Shown here: positions 18,059 through 28,857 of the stretch, piece after piece
How the letters are laid out: every line of letters starts with the position of its first letter
How positions within the stretch are numbered: position 1 is the stretch's first letter
Source of the DNA: Methanobacteriota archaeon
Lineage (GTDB): Archaea; JAADCQ01; Methanopyri; Methanopyrales; Methanopyraceae
Assembly: GCA_027064305.1 (NCBI GenBank)
Contig: JAMOPY010000001.1
Location: 1-64,000, forward strand
Length of the DNA stretch: 64,000 nucleotides
Direction of reading: 5' to 3'
Made by a program: the position numbers and the translations under genes
The notes under the pieces: generated by a model
What the model was told of the DNA's origin: nothing
Database searches by the model: none
The model's input: the letters and a program-made list of their open reading frames with translations, nothing else

Positions 18059-20893
18059 TTGTCGGAGTCCCGTGAGGAGCGGTTGATGCGTGAGTGGGAG
18101 GAGGCGGGACTGTTCGAGGCGGATCCGGACGATCGGGAGCCGGTCTACATCACGGTCGCGTACCCGTACCCGTCCGGTTCGATGCACGTGGGGCACGCGA
18201 GGACGTACCTGGTGCCGGACATTTACGCGCGGTTCAAGCGGATGCAGGGGTACAACGTCCTGTTCCCGATGGCGTTCCACGTGACGGGCACGCCGGTGGT
18301 GGGGATCGCGGAGCGGATCAGGGAGGGTGACGAGGACACGATCCGGCTGTACCGGGACGTGTACGGGGTGCCGGAGGAGGAGCTGGAGCGGTTCACGGAT
18401 CCGGAGGCGATCGTGGAGTACTTCGCGCGCGAGTACGAGGAGAACATGCGGCGGATGGGTTACGCGATCGACTGGCGGCGGAAGTTCACGACGGTGGATC
18501 CGGAGTACCGGTCGTTCATTCGGTGGCAGTACCTGAGGCTGCGTGAGGAGGGGCTGGTGACGCGGGGTGAGCACCCGGTTCGGTACTGCCCTCGGTGCGA
18601 GAATCCGGTGGGCGATCACGACCTGTTGGAGGGTGAGGACGCGACGATCGAGGAGTTGACGCTCGTGAAGTTCCCGCTCGTGGATGGCGACCTGATCCTC
18701 GTGGCGGCAACGTTCCGGCCGGAGACGCTGTACGGAGTGACGAACGTGTGGGTGCGGCCGGACGTGGAGTACGCGGTCGTGGAGGTGGATGGGGAGCGGT
18801 GGGTGGTTTCGGAGGAGGCCTATCGGAACCTGCGGCATCAGCGGGACGGGGTTGAGAAGGTTGACACGATCTCGGGCGAGGAGCTGGTCGGTGAGCGGGT
18901 GAGGAACCCGGTCACGGGCGAGGAGGTCCCGGTCCTGCCGGCGGAGTTCGTGGACCCGAAGTTCGGGACGGGGGTGGTGTACTCGGTTCCGGCCCACGCG
19001 CCGGCGGACGCGGCCGCGTTGGAAGATTTGAGGGAGGATCCGTCGGTGCTGGAGGAGTTCGGGGTGGACCCGTCGGTCGTCGAGGGGCTCGAGCCGGTGC
19101 AGGTGATCGAGGTGGAGGGGTACGGGAGGTTCCCGGCCTACGACGCGCTGGAGGAGCACGGGATCGAGTCGCAGACGGACCCGGAGCTGGAGAAGGCGAC
19201 GCAGGAGGTGTACCGGGCGGAGCTGCACAAGGGTGTGATGGTTGTCGACGAGTTCGAGGGGGTGCCGGTGCGGGAGGCGCGGGAGGAGATCAAGTCGCGC
19301 CTGATCGAGTCGGGGGACGCGGACGTCATGTACGACTTCTCGGAGAAGCCGGTGATCTGCCGGTGCGGGACGGAGTGCGTGGTCAAGATCCTGAAGGATC
19401 AGTGGTTCCTGCGGTACTCGGACCCGGGGTGGAAGGAGCGGGCGCGGGAGCTGTTGGAGCGGATGGAGATCGTGCCGGAGGAGGTGCGGTCGAACTTCGA
19501 GGACACGATCGAGTGGTTGGAGGACTGGGCGTGCGCGCGTCGGGTGGGGCTCGGGACGCCGCTGCCGTGGGACGAGGAGTGGATCGTGGAGCCGTTGAGC
19601 GACTCGACGATTTACATGGCGTTCTACACGATCGCGCACCGGTTGAAGGGTAAGGGCGAGCTCCCGCCCGAGGTCTTCGATTACGTGTTCCTGGGTGAGG
19701 GGGATCCGGAGGAGGTCGCGGAGGAGTCGGGGTTGAACGTCGAGGAGCTGGAGGAGATGCGGCGGGAGTTCGAGTACTGGTACCCGCTGGACTGGCGGCT
19801 GTCGGCGAAGGATCTGGTGACGAACCACCTGACGTTCTTCATCTTCCATCACGCGGCGCTGTTCCCGGAGGACAAGTGGCCGAAGGGGATCGTCGTGTTC
19901 GGCATGGGCCTGCTCGAGGGCGAGAAGATGAGCTCGTCGAAGGGGAACGTGGTCCTGCTCTCGGAGGCGCTGGAGGAGTACGGGCCGGACGTGGTGCGGT
20001 TGTTCCTGGCGACGTCGGCGGAGCCGTGGCAGGACTTTGACTGGCGGGATGAGTACGTTCGGGGCGTGAAGCGGAGGCTGGAGCGGTTCGAGGCGCTGGT
20101 GAGGGATCACGCGGGGGAGTCGGTTGAGGGGAAGGACGCCGTTGATCGGTGGTTCCTGAGCGAGTTCGGTCGGGTGATCGAGGAGGCGACGGAGGCGCTG
20201 GAGCGGTTCCAGGTGCGGCGGGCGTACAACGAGGCGTTCTACGGGGTCCTGAAGCTGGTTCGGGATTACGAGCGAATGAAGGGCCACGCGCGGATCGTGG
20301 GCGAGATCGTGGAGGACTGGCTCCGGCTGCTGCACCCGGTGATCCCGTTCACGACGGACTACCTGTGGCGGGAGGTGCTCGGCAACGATTCGTTCCTGCT
20401 GGAGGAGGGGTGGCCGGATCCGGAGGAGTACCCGCGGGAGCCGGAGCTGAGCGTGGCGCGGGAGGTGCTGGAAGAGCTCGTGGAGGACGTGAGGGACGTG
20501 GAGCGGGTGATCGGTGCGGAGTCCGGGTACACGCTGCACGTGTACCTGGCGCCGGGGTGGCAGTGGGAGGCGTTGAGGATGGTGCAGGAGGGTAGGGAGT
20601 TCGGGGAGATCATGTCGGAGCTAATGAGGGACGAGAGGTTGAGGGAGAGGGGCGACGAGGTGGCGAGGGTCGTGCGGGACCTCATGAAGGAAGATCTGCC
20701 GGAGGACGTGGACGTGGAGCGGCTGCGCGAGGCGTTGAAGGAGTTCCTGGAGGCCGGGGCGCGGTTGCTGGAGCGGTCGACGGGTGCGGCCGAGGTCGTG
20801 GTGCACGGGGACGCCGAGGAGGCGCCCGGTCCGGAGGACCGGCGCGCGGCGGCGCGACCGCTGAGGCCCGGGATCTGGTTGGAGGAGGGGTAG
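18059..20893 (+). CDS. leuS: Leucine--tRNA ligase
   Basis: [11 protein letters not shown] (HIGH), KMSSSKGN, editing-domain [13 protein letters not shown]. Confidence 0.95.
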   Translation: MSESREERLMREWEEAGLFEADPDDREPVYITVAYPYPSGSMHVGHARTYLVPDIYARFKRMQGYNVLFPMAFHVTGTPVVGIAERIREGDEDTIRLYRDVYGVPEEELERFTDPEAIVEYFAREYEENMRRMGYAIDWRRKFTTVDPEYRSFIRWQYLRLREEGLVTRGEHPVRYCPRCENPVGDHDLLEGEDATIEELTLVKFPLVDGDLILVAATFRPETLYGVTNVWVRPDVEYAVVEVDGERWVVSEEAYRNLRHQRDGVEKVDTISGEELVGERVRNPVTGEEVPVLPAEFVDPKFGTGVVYSVPAHAPADAAALEDLREDPSVLEEFGVDPSVVEGLEPVQVIEVEGYGRFPAYDALEEHGIESQTDPELEKATQEVYRAELHKGVMVVDEFEGVPVREAREEIKSRLIESGDADVMYDFSEKPVICRCGTECVVKILKDQWFLRYSDPGWKERARELLERMEIVPEEVRSNFEDTIEWLEDWACARRVGLGTPLPWDEEWIVEPLSDSTIYMAFYTIAHRLKGKGELPPEVFDYVFLGEGDPEEVAEESGLNVEELEEMRREFEYWYPLDWRLSAKDLVTNHLTFFIFHHAALFPEDKWPKGIVVFGMGLLEGEKMSSSKGNVVLLSEALEEYGPDVVRLFLATSAEPWQDFDWRDEYVRGVKRRLERFEALVRDHAGESVEGKDAVDRWFLSEFGRVIEEATEALERFQVRRAYNEAFYGVLKLVRDYERMKGHARIVGEIVEDWLRLLHPVIPFTTDYLWREVLGNDSFLLEEGWPDPEEYPREPELSVAREVLEELVEDVRDVERVIGAESGYTLHVYLAPGWQWEALRMVQEGREFGEIMSELMRDERLRERGDEVARVVRDLMKEDLPEDVDVERLREALKEFLEAGARLLERSTGAAEVVVHGDAEEAPGPEDRRAAARPLRPGIWLEEG

Positions 20894-20902
20894 GGCGGGG
20901 CG

Positions 20903-21889
20903 TTAGTTACCCTGCTTCCGGTACAGCTCCACCCACGCCCTCATCCTCACCGTCCTCCAGCCGCGCTCCCCGACCAGCTTCGTAACGGCCTCCTGCACCG
21001 CGCGCCCGGGTAGCGGGGTGAAGTTCTTCACCGGTTCGCCCTCCGGGATCTCCCCCGTAGCCTCATCCACCCACGGCTTCATGTTCGAGTACGAGTACTC
21101 GATCACCTCCTCGTCCAGCGTGGCGAGGAGTCCACCGATGCCGCCCTCCTCGATCAGCGCGGCCAGGGTGTTGAGGACGGTCATCGCCTGCCAGTCGATC
21201 ATCTCCTGGGGCGCGCCCAGGCTTTTCACGGACTGGAACTCCTTCAGCGCCTCGACGACGCGTCGTACCAGCACGACCGACAGGTCGCCCGCGATGTGCA
21301 CGAGCTCGACCGTGGGCAGCTCGTACACCCGCTTGCCGGTCGACTCGAGCACCGATTTCAGGAGCTCGTACCGGTCCTTCTCGGCCATCTCGACGCCGTT
21401 GCCCGTGCGGTACGCGGTGAGGTAGGCGCGATGTCCCTCCGTCCCCGGGATCCCGGCCGGGTGAGCTGGGACCACGGAGACCTCGTCCGGCACCTTGCGT
21501 CCGGACTCGAAGAGGGCCTCCTGGATCTCGAAGACGGAGGAGGTGCAGGTTGGGGAGACGACGGTGCCCTCCGGCAGCGAGGGGGCGATTTCCACCACGA
21601 TCCTTCGGGTGACGCCGAAGGGAGTGAAGAGGATCACCACGTCCGCGTCGGACACGGCCTGAACGTCGTCGTCCGTGAGCTCAACGCCGGCGTCCGCGAC
21701 CCGATTCACGTGCTCCGGGTCCTGCTCGTCCAGATTAGGGTCGGACAGCACCACGTCGTGGCCGGCCTTGGCGAAGTCCATGGCCATGGCGGCGCCACCG
21801 AACGGGGGCTCGCCCCCCAGCTTCTCGGCCGCCCCGATCCGCTCGTACAGGCGCTGGTTACCGAACCCTAGCACGGCCACTCGGGCCAA
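20903..21889 (-). CDS. H2-forming methylene-H4MPT dehydrogenase-related protein (HmdII/III paralog)
   Basis: GNQRLY...GGEPPFGGAAMAxxFAxAGHDVVL, PTCT, HPAGIPGT motifs. Confidence 0.85.
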   Translation of the reverse strand: MARVAVLGFGNQRLYERIGAAEKLGGEPPFGGAAMAMDFAKAGHDVVLSDPNLDEQDPEHVNRVADAGVELTDDDVQAVSDADVVILFTPFGVTRRIVVEIAPSLPEGTVVSPTCTSSVFEIQEALFESGRKVPDEVSVVPAHPAGIPGTEGHRAYLTAYRTGNGVEMAEKDRYELLKSVLESTGKRVYELPTVELVHIAGDLSVVLVRRVVEALKEFQSVKSLGAPQEMIDWQAMTVLNTLAALIEEGGIGGLLATLDEEVIEYSYSNMKPWVDEATGEIPEGEPVKNFTPLPGRAVQEAVTKLVGERGWRTVRMRAWVELYRKQGN

Positions 21890-22015
21890 GCGCGGCACCC
21901 CCGTGTGGGCTGGGATTCGGAAACGCGTAAAGGTAAAATGGTTGTCTAGTTCGGGCGCCCCTGGTCTTTTCGCATGGTAACAGGGTCGGCGCGTTTTAAA
22001 TTAACCTTACGCTTG

Positions 22016-23488
22016 CTAACGGCGGTCGGCCAGCGCCTCCGACGCGAGCTCAAGCAGTGGATCGCCGTGGATGAACTCGCCGACCGCCCTGCGAAGCTCC
22101 GGATCCGAGGTCAGTGCCCGGGCGAGCTCCGTTCCCTCGAGGAGTCGGACCTTCCCCTCGGAGGCCCGGGCGAGATCCTTGCCGAACCCGTGGGAGATCA
22201 GGGTGTGCTCGTCCGCGTCCTCGAGGCGCCTCAGCAGGTCCTCGGGGCGGACGAACTTCCGCTTCGCGGCGGTGGCCAGGCGCCCGTCCTCCTCGACCCA
22301 GAACCGCTCGTGGGCACTTAGGAACCCGGTAACGCGGTCCTCCCGGGCCCAGGCGGGCGGGCCCGCGCGCCACTCGCGCTCCGGGAGCCCTTCGTGCTCG
22401 AACTCCAGCAGGATGTACCCGAGCTCCTCCCGGGAGTCTCGGGCGACGAGCCACCTTCGCACCTTGAATCCCTCGTTCTCGAGGACGTTGCGCAGGCTCC
22501 GAGCGGTCTTCTCGAGCTGCGGCCAGTAGATGTCCTCCACTTCGTCCGGTAGCCGGACCTCAAGCCCGATCACGTGGGCCGGGTACTTCCGGAGCCAGCG
22601 CTCGACCTCTCCTTGGTCGGGCTCGGGGGGTTCCACCCCCTCGAAGTAGCGGAGGGAGGGTTCCCTCAGGAAGGCCTTGGCGGCGAGGATGAACCGGGAG
22701 AGCTGTCGTCGGGAGAGGGCGGCCGCGACGTTCCGCTCTGGGTCGACGGGGTCGAGGACGATGAGGGCGGGGTTCTGGTCCTCGAACCGTTCCCTCACCT
22801 CGTCGTAGTCCCGGTACTCCTCGCCGACGAAGCCGGCCGGGTCCACCACGTACCCGGGGCGCCAGTCGCGCTCGGCGGCGCGGAGGACGCGCGTGAAGGA
22901 CCCGTAGTGGATGACGAGTAGCTCGCAGAGGTAGCCGGAGAACCCCTTGACGCGGACCTCCGCCCCGTAGGCGCCGATGCCCCGGGTGAAGGCCTTGAGG
23001 AGGCGGGCCTCGGCGGGGTCCTCGAGGTGCTCCCGGACGTAGCGGTTGTGGTGCGGGGTGCGGTCGACGGGGGTGAGGATCTCCCCGGGCTCGGTGTCGT
23101 AGCAGGGGACGATGTCGACCTCGAACGTGCGTCCCTCGTGCTCCACCTCGCCGCTGACGTACGGGTGGTGGGCGTACTCGCGCCGCGGCTCGCCGCCGAG
23201 CTCTCGAAGCACCTCCTCGCCGATCCTCAGGGTGGTTTCCACGATGTCGTCCAGGTCGAGGTCCTTCGGGAACACGCAGAAGACGTCGACGTCGGAGGCG
23301 CCGGGGAGCCAGGTGTCGCGGGCGACGGATCCGATCAGCTCGGCCCGGGCGTCCGGGCACTCCTCCCTGAGTCGCTCCGCGACGAGGTTCCGGACCCGCT
23401 CGGCGAAGCCCTCGACCAGTCGGCGCTCGCTCTCGTCCGGGGTGTAGCGCTCTCGGGCCTCGCGGAGGACGGCCTCGAGGTCCGTCAA
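22016..23488 (-). CDS. cca: CCA-adding tRNA nucleotidyltransferase (class I)
   Basis: GSVARDTWL..SDVDVF, YAHHPY, VDRTPHH, GFSGYLCELL, DPVDPERNVAAA; TTG start overlaps thpR stop. Confidence 0.95.
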   Translation of the reverse strand: MTDLEAVLREARERYTPDESERRLVEGFAERVRNLVAERLREECPDARAELIGSVARDTWLPGASDVDVFCVFPKDLDLDDIVETTLRIGEEVLRELGGEPRREYAHHPYVSGEVEHEGRTFEVDIVPCYDTEPGEILTPVDRTPHHNRYVREHLEDPAEARLLKAFTRGIGAYGAEVRVKGFSGYLCELLVIHYGSFTRVLRAAERDWRPGYVVDPAGFVGEEYRDYDEVRERFEDQNPALIVLDPVDPERNVAAALSRRQLSRFILAAKAFLREPSLRYFEGVEPPEPDQGEVERWLRKYPAHVIGLEVRLPDEVEDIYWPQLEKTARSLRNVLENEGFKVRRWLVARDSREELGYILLEFEHEGLPEREWRAGPPAWAREDRVTGFLSAHERFWVEEDGRLATAAKRKFVRPEDLLRRLEDADEHTLISHGFGKDLARASEGKVRLLEGTELARALTSDPELRRAVGEFIHGDPLLELASEALADRR

Positions 23489-24051
23489 AGCTTCACCTCC
23501 TCGACGGTGTGGTACTCGGGGCCTTCGGGGCGTAGGATGCTCTTCTTGAGGCGGATGGCGGTGACCTCCACGTCGCCCACCTCGACGCTGGATAGCTCTC
23601 GGATCGCCTCGACCAGTTGGGCCTTGTTCCGGCCGCTGCGGACGCGGGCGATGGTCACGTGGGGGACGAAGTCGCGGCGCTCGCGTCGGAAGCCGCGGCG
23701 GCCGAGCTCGTCCTCGAGGACGGCGGCCATGGCCTTGGTCTCGTCGGCGCCCTCGTCGACGCCGACCCACACGACCCGGATGTGGCGGATGTTGGGGAAG
23801 ACCCCGAGGCCCTTAAGCCGGAGCGTGAAGGGTTCCACGGTGTCGGCGGCCCGCTCCATCGCCTCGACGACCTCGGGCACGCGGGACTCCGGGATGTCGC
23901 CCAGGAACTTGAGGGTCAGGTGCACGTTCTCCGGCTCGACGAGCTTGAGGTCGGCGCCGGAGGCCTTGAGTCGGTCCTGTAGCTCCTGGATCCGGTCGAT
24001 CACCTCGTCCTTCTCGATGTCGATCGAGATGAACGCGCGGAACGTGGACAT
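23485..24051 (-). CDS. thpR: RNA 2',3'-cyclic phosphodiesterase (2'-5' RNA ligase family)
   Basis: Two HxT motifs (HLTLKFLG, PHVTIAR). Confidence 0.92.
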   Translation of the reverse strand: MSTFRAFISIDIEKDEVIDRIQELQDRLKASGADLKLVEPENVHLTLKFLGDIPESRVPEVVEAMERAADTVEPFTLRLKGLGVFPNIRHIRVVWVGVDEGADETKAMAAVLEDELGRRGFRRERRDFVPHVTIARVRSGRNKAQLVEAIRELSSVEVGDVEVTAIRLKKSILRPEGPEYHTVEEVKL

Positions 24052-24065
24052 GGGGGTCGCCCCCG

Positions 24066-25196
24066 GTGAGCGGGTACTACCGCCGGGATCCGGACGAGCT
24101 GCGGGAGGAGGGGTCGGGCGGTCTGAGCCTCTCCGGGCCCCGGAACCCGGTGCCGGACGCGAAGCTCGTGGAGTTAAAACCGTTGGGCTACCCGATCCGA
24201 GAGCCCGGGATGGGCAAGGAGGTGGTGGTGGACTCGTACGAGGCGTTCAACGCGTACGCCCGGGAGCAGTGGCTGGGGGAGATCGTGAAGGAGGGGATGA
24301 TCCTCTTCGATACGGGCATCGTGCACAGTTACGCGTTCAAGGTCGTGCGGGTCGTGCCGTCCGGGGCGGGTCGGGTCACCGCCAGCACCAAGTTCGTGCT
24401 GCGGCTGCGGTCCGAGGAGGATCGCATGGAGGTGCCCCGGCTCACCCTGGACGACGTGGTGGGGCACGCGGAGGTCAAGCGCGCGTGCCGGTTGCTGGTG
24501 GAGTACCTGAGGAACCCGGAGGAGCTGTCGGAGTGGGCGCCCCGGACGGTCCTCTTCCACGGGCCCACCGGCACGGGCAAGACCCGGACGGCCAAGGCCG
24601 TGGCGGGCGAGGCGAAGGTGCCGCTGCTTCGGATCAACGCGGCCGAGCTGCTGGGTAAGTACGTGGGGGAGGCGAGCGAGCGCATCAGGCGGGCGTTCAA
24701 GCGGGCGCGGGAGTCCGCCCCGTGCGTGCTCTTCGTGGACGAGATCGACGCGCTGGGGCTGGACCGCCGGTACCAGGAGCTGCGCGGTGACGTGGTGGAG
24801 AGCGTGAACTCCCTGCTCACGAATCTGGACCGGTTGAAGGAGCGGTCCGAGGGGGTCCTGTTCATCGCGGCCACGAACCACCCGGACCTGCTCGACCCGG
24901 CCCTGAAGAACCGGTTCGAGTACGAGCTGGAGTTCCGACCGCCGGACCGGGAGGAGCGGGAGGAGCTGGTTCGGTACTACGCGAAGCGACTCCCGCTACC
25001 CCTCAAGGTGGACCCGGCCTACATCGCGGCCCGGACCTCCGGCATGTCGCACCGGGAGATCAAGGAGCGGGTGCTCAAGCGGGCGCTGCTGGAGGCCCTC
25101 CGGGACGGGGCGGACGCCATCGAGAAGGAGCACGTCCGGCGCGCCCTGAGGGAGGAGGGGGGCGACAGGCGGGGGCGGCAGGTGTACCACGGGTGA
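24066..25196 (+). CDS. AAA+ ATPase (archaeal, COG1223-like)
   Basis: GPTGTGKT Walker A, FVDEID Walker B, AATN..DLLDPA..NRF. Confidence 0.9.
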   Translation: MSGYYRRDPDELREEGSGGLSLSGPRNPVPDAKLVELKPLGYPIREPGMGKEVVVDSYEAFNAYAREQWLGEIVKEGMILFDTGIVHSYAFKVVRVVPSGAGRVTASTKFVLRLRSEEDRMEVPRLTLDDVVGHAEVKRACRLLVEYLRNPEELSEWAPRTVLFHGPTGTGKTRTAKAVAGEAKVPLLRINAAELLGKYVGEASERIRRAFKRARESAPCVLFVDEIDALGLDRRYQELRGDVVESVNSLLTNLDRLKERSEGVLFIAATNHPDLLDPALKNRFEYELEFRPPDREEREELVRYYAKRLPLPLKVDPAYIAARTSGMSHREIKERVLKRALLEALRDGADAIEKEHVRRALREEGGDRRGRQVYHG

Positions 25197-25221
25197 GCCC
25201 GCCGCGTGCGCGGGCCCGATC

Positions 25222-25257
25222 CCCCGCCGGGTCCCCGTCCGGGGTTCCCCGGCGGGG
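25222..25257 (-). promoter_or_regulatory. Archaeal SECIS element in selD 3' UTR
   Basis: CCCCGCCGGG-GAA-CCCC-GGAC-GGGG-A-CCCGGCGGGG: GC stem, GAA/A internal loop and apical hairpin directly after the selD stop. Confidence 0.88.
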
Positions 25258-26262
25258 TCATCGGGGGTAGTCCTCCACCTCCTCGAGCCGGGCGTCCACG
25301 ACCACTCCCTCGCCCCGCTCCACCCGTCCAACGCGACGGTACCACACGTCCCGCTCCTCGAACGCGTCCTCCAGCTCCTCCGCCCTCCCCTCGGGCACCG
25401 CGACCAGCAGCCCGCCGGCGGTCTCCGCCGACTCGCCCCGCTCCAGCCCGTACCCCAACGCCCTGGAGACCTCCGGAGTCCCCGGGATCACGGGTATCCG
25501 CTCGATGACGACCCTGACCCCGCTCCGCTCGGCCAGCTCCCGCGCGTGACCTTTGAGCCCGAACCCGGTGACGTCCGTCATCGCCGTCGCCCCCGCCTCC
25601 ACCGCCGCCTCCGCCGCGTCCCGGAGCGGTTCCGTCATCACCTTCACCGCCACGCGCTCGATTCCCTCCACGTCCAGGTGGCCGAACATGGAGTCCAGGG
25701 TATCCTCCGGCATCCTCAACAGCGCCATCGCCGGCTGCGTGCCCAGCGGCTTGGTCAAGTACAGCAGGTCGCCCGGCCGGGCACCGTCCGCGGTCACGTA
25801 CCGCTCCGCCCACCCCGTCACGCTGCCGCCCAGGATCGGCCACGGGTTCAGGATCGTGTGACCACCGGTCACCGGCGCGTCCACCTCCCGGCACTGGTCG
25901 GCGAACCCCTGCAGCATCTCCCGGACGTCCTCCTCCGGCAGCTCCCGCGGGAACCCCGAGATCACCAGCACGGAGAGCACCTCGGTGGCGCCCATCGCGA
26001 ACACGTCGTTCAGCGAGTTGTTGGCCGCGATGCGCCCCTGGACGTACGGATCCGGATGGATGGGGGTGAAGAAGTCCAGGGACTGGACGAGGTAGCCGCC
26101 GTCCACGCGCACGATCGAGGCGTCGTCGCCCACGCCCACCTCGACCCGCTCGTCCTCCGGCAGCTTCACGCCCTCCAGCAGCCGCTCTAGGTCTCCCTGC
26201 GGCAGCTTGCAGGCTCACCCGTGCAGTTCAACCATCCTCACGAGATCCTTCCGCTCGTTCAA
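25258..26262 (-). CDS. selD: Selenide, water dikinase (selenoprotein; in-frame UGA = Sec at 26215-26217)
   Basis: Reads [22 protein letters not shown]...GDDA...DFFTPI...[10 protein letters not shown]...TDVTGFGL; SECIS downstream. Confidence 0.93.
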
Positions 26263-26447
26263 CGGCGCGCTCCCCCGGACGCACCCCCGCACCGCCCCGG
26301 AAAAACCGTTGCCCCGCGGTGGACCCGTACGTATCCGATTTCTCGATGGAAAGGCGTTCACGGTGGGTGGACTTCGGATGTGGAACGCCAGTATCATACC
26401 GTTTTGAGGGTCCCAATTCTCCCTAAGCCCGGGGAGGGGGCGATCCG

Positions 26448-26670
26448 GTGAGGCTGAGGGCGCTCGGGAGCCGGGGCAGCGGGATGGTGGATGAGCTGCT
26501 GCTGTGCGCGGTCATGGTCGCCACGGCCGCGGTGATGATCACCATGATATTTCCAGGCGGTGCATCAGATCGGCCGGGCCGTCACCAGCGAGGCCGCGAC
26601 CGCGGCCTCCATCGCCTCCCACCGCTCCGTTGAGATGTGGAGCCGGTACTCGCAGGGGCTGCCCCCCTAG
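26448..26670 (+). pseudogene. Small class III signal peptide (pilin-like) protein with +1 frameshift near 26550
   Basis: RG|SGMVDELLLCAVMVATAAVMITMI; removing one T gives FQAVHQIGRAVTSEAATAASIASHRSVEMWSRYSQGLPP* (TAG 26668). Confidence 0.45.
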
Positions 26671-26673
26671 CGC

Positions 26674-27300
26674 TCAGAGTTCCCTCAGGTCCTCCTCGTA
26701 CACGTGCGCGTTCGACGCGTAGACGGTGATCGTTGTGGGCGACAGCCCCACGCGGTCCGCCACGTGCTCCTGCAGCCGGCGCAGCGCGATCACGTTGGCG
26801 ACGAGGGCCTTGCCCACGTCCCAGGAGCGGTAGAAGGCGTGAAGTTCCAGCCCGTCCTCGCCGTCCGACTGCAGCTGCACGGTCACCAGGCACGGGACCT
26901 CCTCCTCCGTTAGGTCTCGGGTGGGGTCCCAGGTGACGGCGACCGCGCGCCGGGTCTCGGGGGCGCTCCGTAACCGTTCGATGAGCCTCCTTACCTGGTC
27001 CACGTCGAAGTGTCGGCGAAGCCGGTTCCCGTAGGTGTACTCGAACCCGTGTCGCTCGGGGTCCAGCAGCTGGTTCTCGTACTCCCGGACGGCCCCTTCG
27101 TCCATCGGGTAGTCCTCGGGGACGGTGAACGCGTCCTCGCCCCGGGGGTGAAGGTGCGCGATCAGTCCGCGGAGCTCGCGCACCGGGCCTCGCTCTCGCT
27201 CGACCCGCTCGCCCCGGACCTTCACCTCGGTAACGGCCCGCCGCCAGACCTGCTCCACGGTCCGTCCTCGCACGACCACGGGTCGTTGGGCCCTGAGCAT
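26674..27300 (-). CDS. thyA: Thymidylate synthase (archaeal ThyA-type)
   Basis: FEYTYGNRL, TRRAVAVTWDP, VPCL, YRSWD, NAHVYE. Confidence 0.88.
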   Translation of the reverse strand: MLRAQRPVVVRGRTVEQVWRRAVTEVKVRGERVERERGPVRELRGLIAHLHPRGEDAFTVPEDYPMDEGAVREYENQLLDPERHGFEYTYGNRLRRHFDVDQVRRLIERLRSAPETRRAVAVTWDPTRDLTEEEVPCLVTVQLQSDGEDGLELHAFYRSWDVGKALVANVIALRRLQEHVADRVGLSPTTITVYASNAHVYEEDLREL

Positions 27301-27315
27301 CGCGTCACCGCCCGA

Positions 27316-27342
27316 CTAACGTTACGAATGTCAAAACGATTG
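27316..27342. promoter_or_regulatory. Recurrent palindrome (core CGTTACGA-ATG-TCAAAACG) between pdxS and thyA
   Basis: Matches the copies after the three tRNA genes. Confidence 0.55.
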
Positions 27343-27361
27343 GCCGGGTGGCGTCGGGGGC

Positions 27362-28258
27362 CTAGTCGCCCCGCGTCTGCATCCGCTCCTCCTCCGGGAT
27401 CTCGGAGATGTCGAGGCCGCGCATGGCGACCTCATCGCCCAGGTTCTTGGAGACCTCGGCCACGACCTCGGGATCGTCGTAGTAGGCCGTGGCCTCCACG
27501 ATGGCCTCGGCCATCTCCTGCGGCCGGTCGGACTTGAAGATGCCGGACCCCACGAAGACGCCGTCCGCGCCCAGCTGCATCATGAGGGCCGCGTCCGCCG
27601 GGGTGGCGATGCCGCCGGCCGCGAAGTTCACGACGGGTAGCCGGCCCAGGCTGGCCACCTCCGCGACCAGGTCGAAGGGGACCCCGTACTCCTTCGCCTT
27701 CTGGTACAGCTCCTCCTTATCCAGGTGGGACAGCTCGGAGATCTCCCGCCGCATGATGCGCATGTGCCGCACGGCCTCGGCCACGTTGCCCGTACCCGCC
27801 TCGCCCTTCGTCCGGATCATCGCGGCCCCCTCGGCGATCCGGCGCAGGGCCTCGCCCAGGTTCCGCGCGCCGCAGACGAACGGGACGTCGAACTCCCACT
27901 TGTTGATGTGCCGCTCCTCGTCCGCGGGCGTGAGCACCTCGGACTCGTCGATCATGTCGACCCCGATGGCCTCCAGCACCTGCGCCTCGACCACGTGGCC
28001 GATCCGGCACTTGGCCATCACGGGGATCGTGACGTGGTCCATGATCTCCTCGATCTTGGCCGGGTCGCACATGCGGGCCACGCCGCCGGCCCTCCGGATG
28101 TCGGCCGGGACCTTCTCCAGGACCATGACCGCGACCGCGCCGGCGTCCTCGGCGATCTGGGCCTGCTCGACGTTGGTCACGTCCATCACGACGCCGCCCT
28201 TCAGCATGCGGGCGAAGCCCGTCTTCACCCGCCACGTGCCGGTCTTCACCCTTATCAC
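27362..28258 (-). CDS. pdxS: Pyridoxal 5'-phosphate synthase lyase subunit
   Basis: [41 protein letters not shown]. Confidence 0.96.
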   Translation of the reverse strand: MIRVKTGTWRVKTGFARMLKGGVVMDVTNVEQAQIAEDAGAVAVMVLEKVPADIRRAGGVARMCDPAKIEEIMDHVTIPVMAKCRIGHVVEAQVLEAIGVDMIDESEVLTPADEERHINKWEFDVPFVCGARNLGEALRRIAEGAAMIRTKGEAGTGNVAEAVRHMRIMRREISELSHLDKEELYQKAKEYGVPFDLVAEVASLGRLPVVNFAAGGIATPADAALMMQLGADGVFVGSGIFKSDRPQEMAEAIVEATAYYDDPEVVAEVSKNLGDEVAMRGLDISEIPEEERMQTRGD

Positions 28259-28329
28259 CCCGTAGACGCACGCCCTCAGTCACCATCTAGTAAAAAAGCC
28301 CGGGTAAAAACGGTGTCGGGGCACCTAGG

Positions 28330-28833
28330 ATGCTGGAGGGGTTGGAGGACGGCAGGATCAAGATCGCGGTGATCGGACCGGAGGACGCGGGGAAGACGAC
28401 GGTGGTGAGGCAGCTCTCGGACAAGTTCGCGACCGTCTCGCCCAGGGGCCGGACGATCGGCATCGACTTCGGCCGCTGCAAGTACTTCGACGGGGTGTAC
28501 CTCTTCGGAGTGCCCGGCCAACTTCGGTTCAAGTTCGTCATGAAGCTGGGGGCCCGGAACGCCGACGGGTTGATCCTGGTGATCGACTCCGCCAACCCGC
28601 AGATCGATACGGCGGTGGAGATCTACGAGCTGGTCAAGGGGGTCGTGAAGAACCCGGACCGGCTGGTCGTGTTCGCCAACAAGCAGGACCTGGAGGACGC
28701 GCTCCCCCCGGAGCGGGTGGGGGAGCTGGTCAGCGAGCGGTTGGACCTGGATCCTCCGGTCGTCGGGACCGTCGCCATCGAGGGGAAGGGTCTGAAGGAG
28801 GGGCTCGGGTTGCTGCTGGAGGAGCTCTCGTAG
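28330..28833 (+). CDS. Small GTPase, MglA/Arf-like
   Basis: GPEDAGKTT, TIGIDFG, GVPGQLRF, NKQD. Confidence 0.85.
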   Translation: MLEGLEDGRIKIAVIGPEDAGKTTVVRQLSDKFATVSPRGRTIGIDFGRCKYFDGVYLFGVPGQLRFKFVMKLGARNADGLILVIDSANPQIDTAVEIYELVKGVVKNPDRLVVFANKQDLEDALPPERVGELVSERLDLDPPVVGTVAIEGKGLKEGLGLLLEELS

Positions 28834-28857
28834 GGGGACCGCGCCCTGGCCCTGCCG

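Noticed and set aside
17870-20539. Long antisense and alternate-frame ORFs (e.g. 889 aa opposite leuS, 856 aa within the chelatase, 698 aa opposite pgk)
   Set aside because: Shadow ORFs caused by high GC and codon bias; Arg/Pro/Gly-rich with no motifs, overlapping well-supported genes
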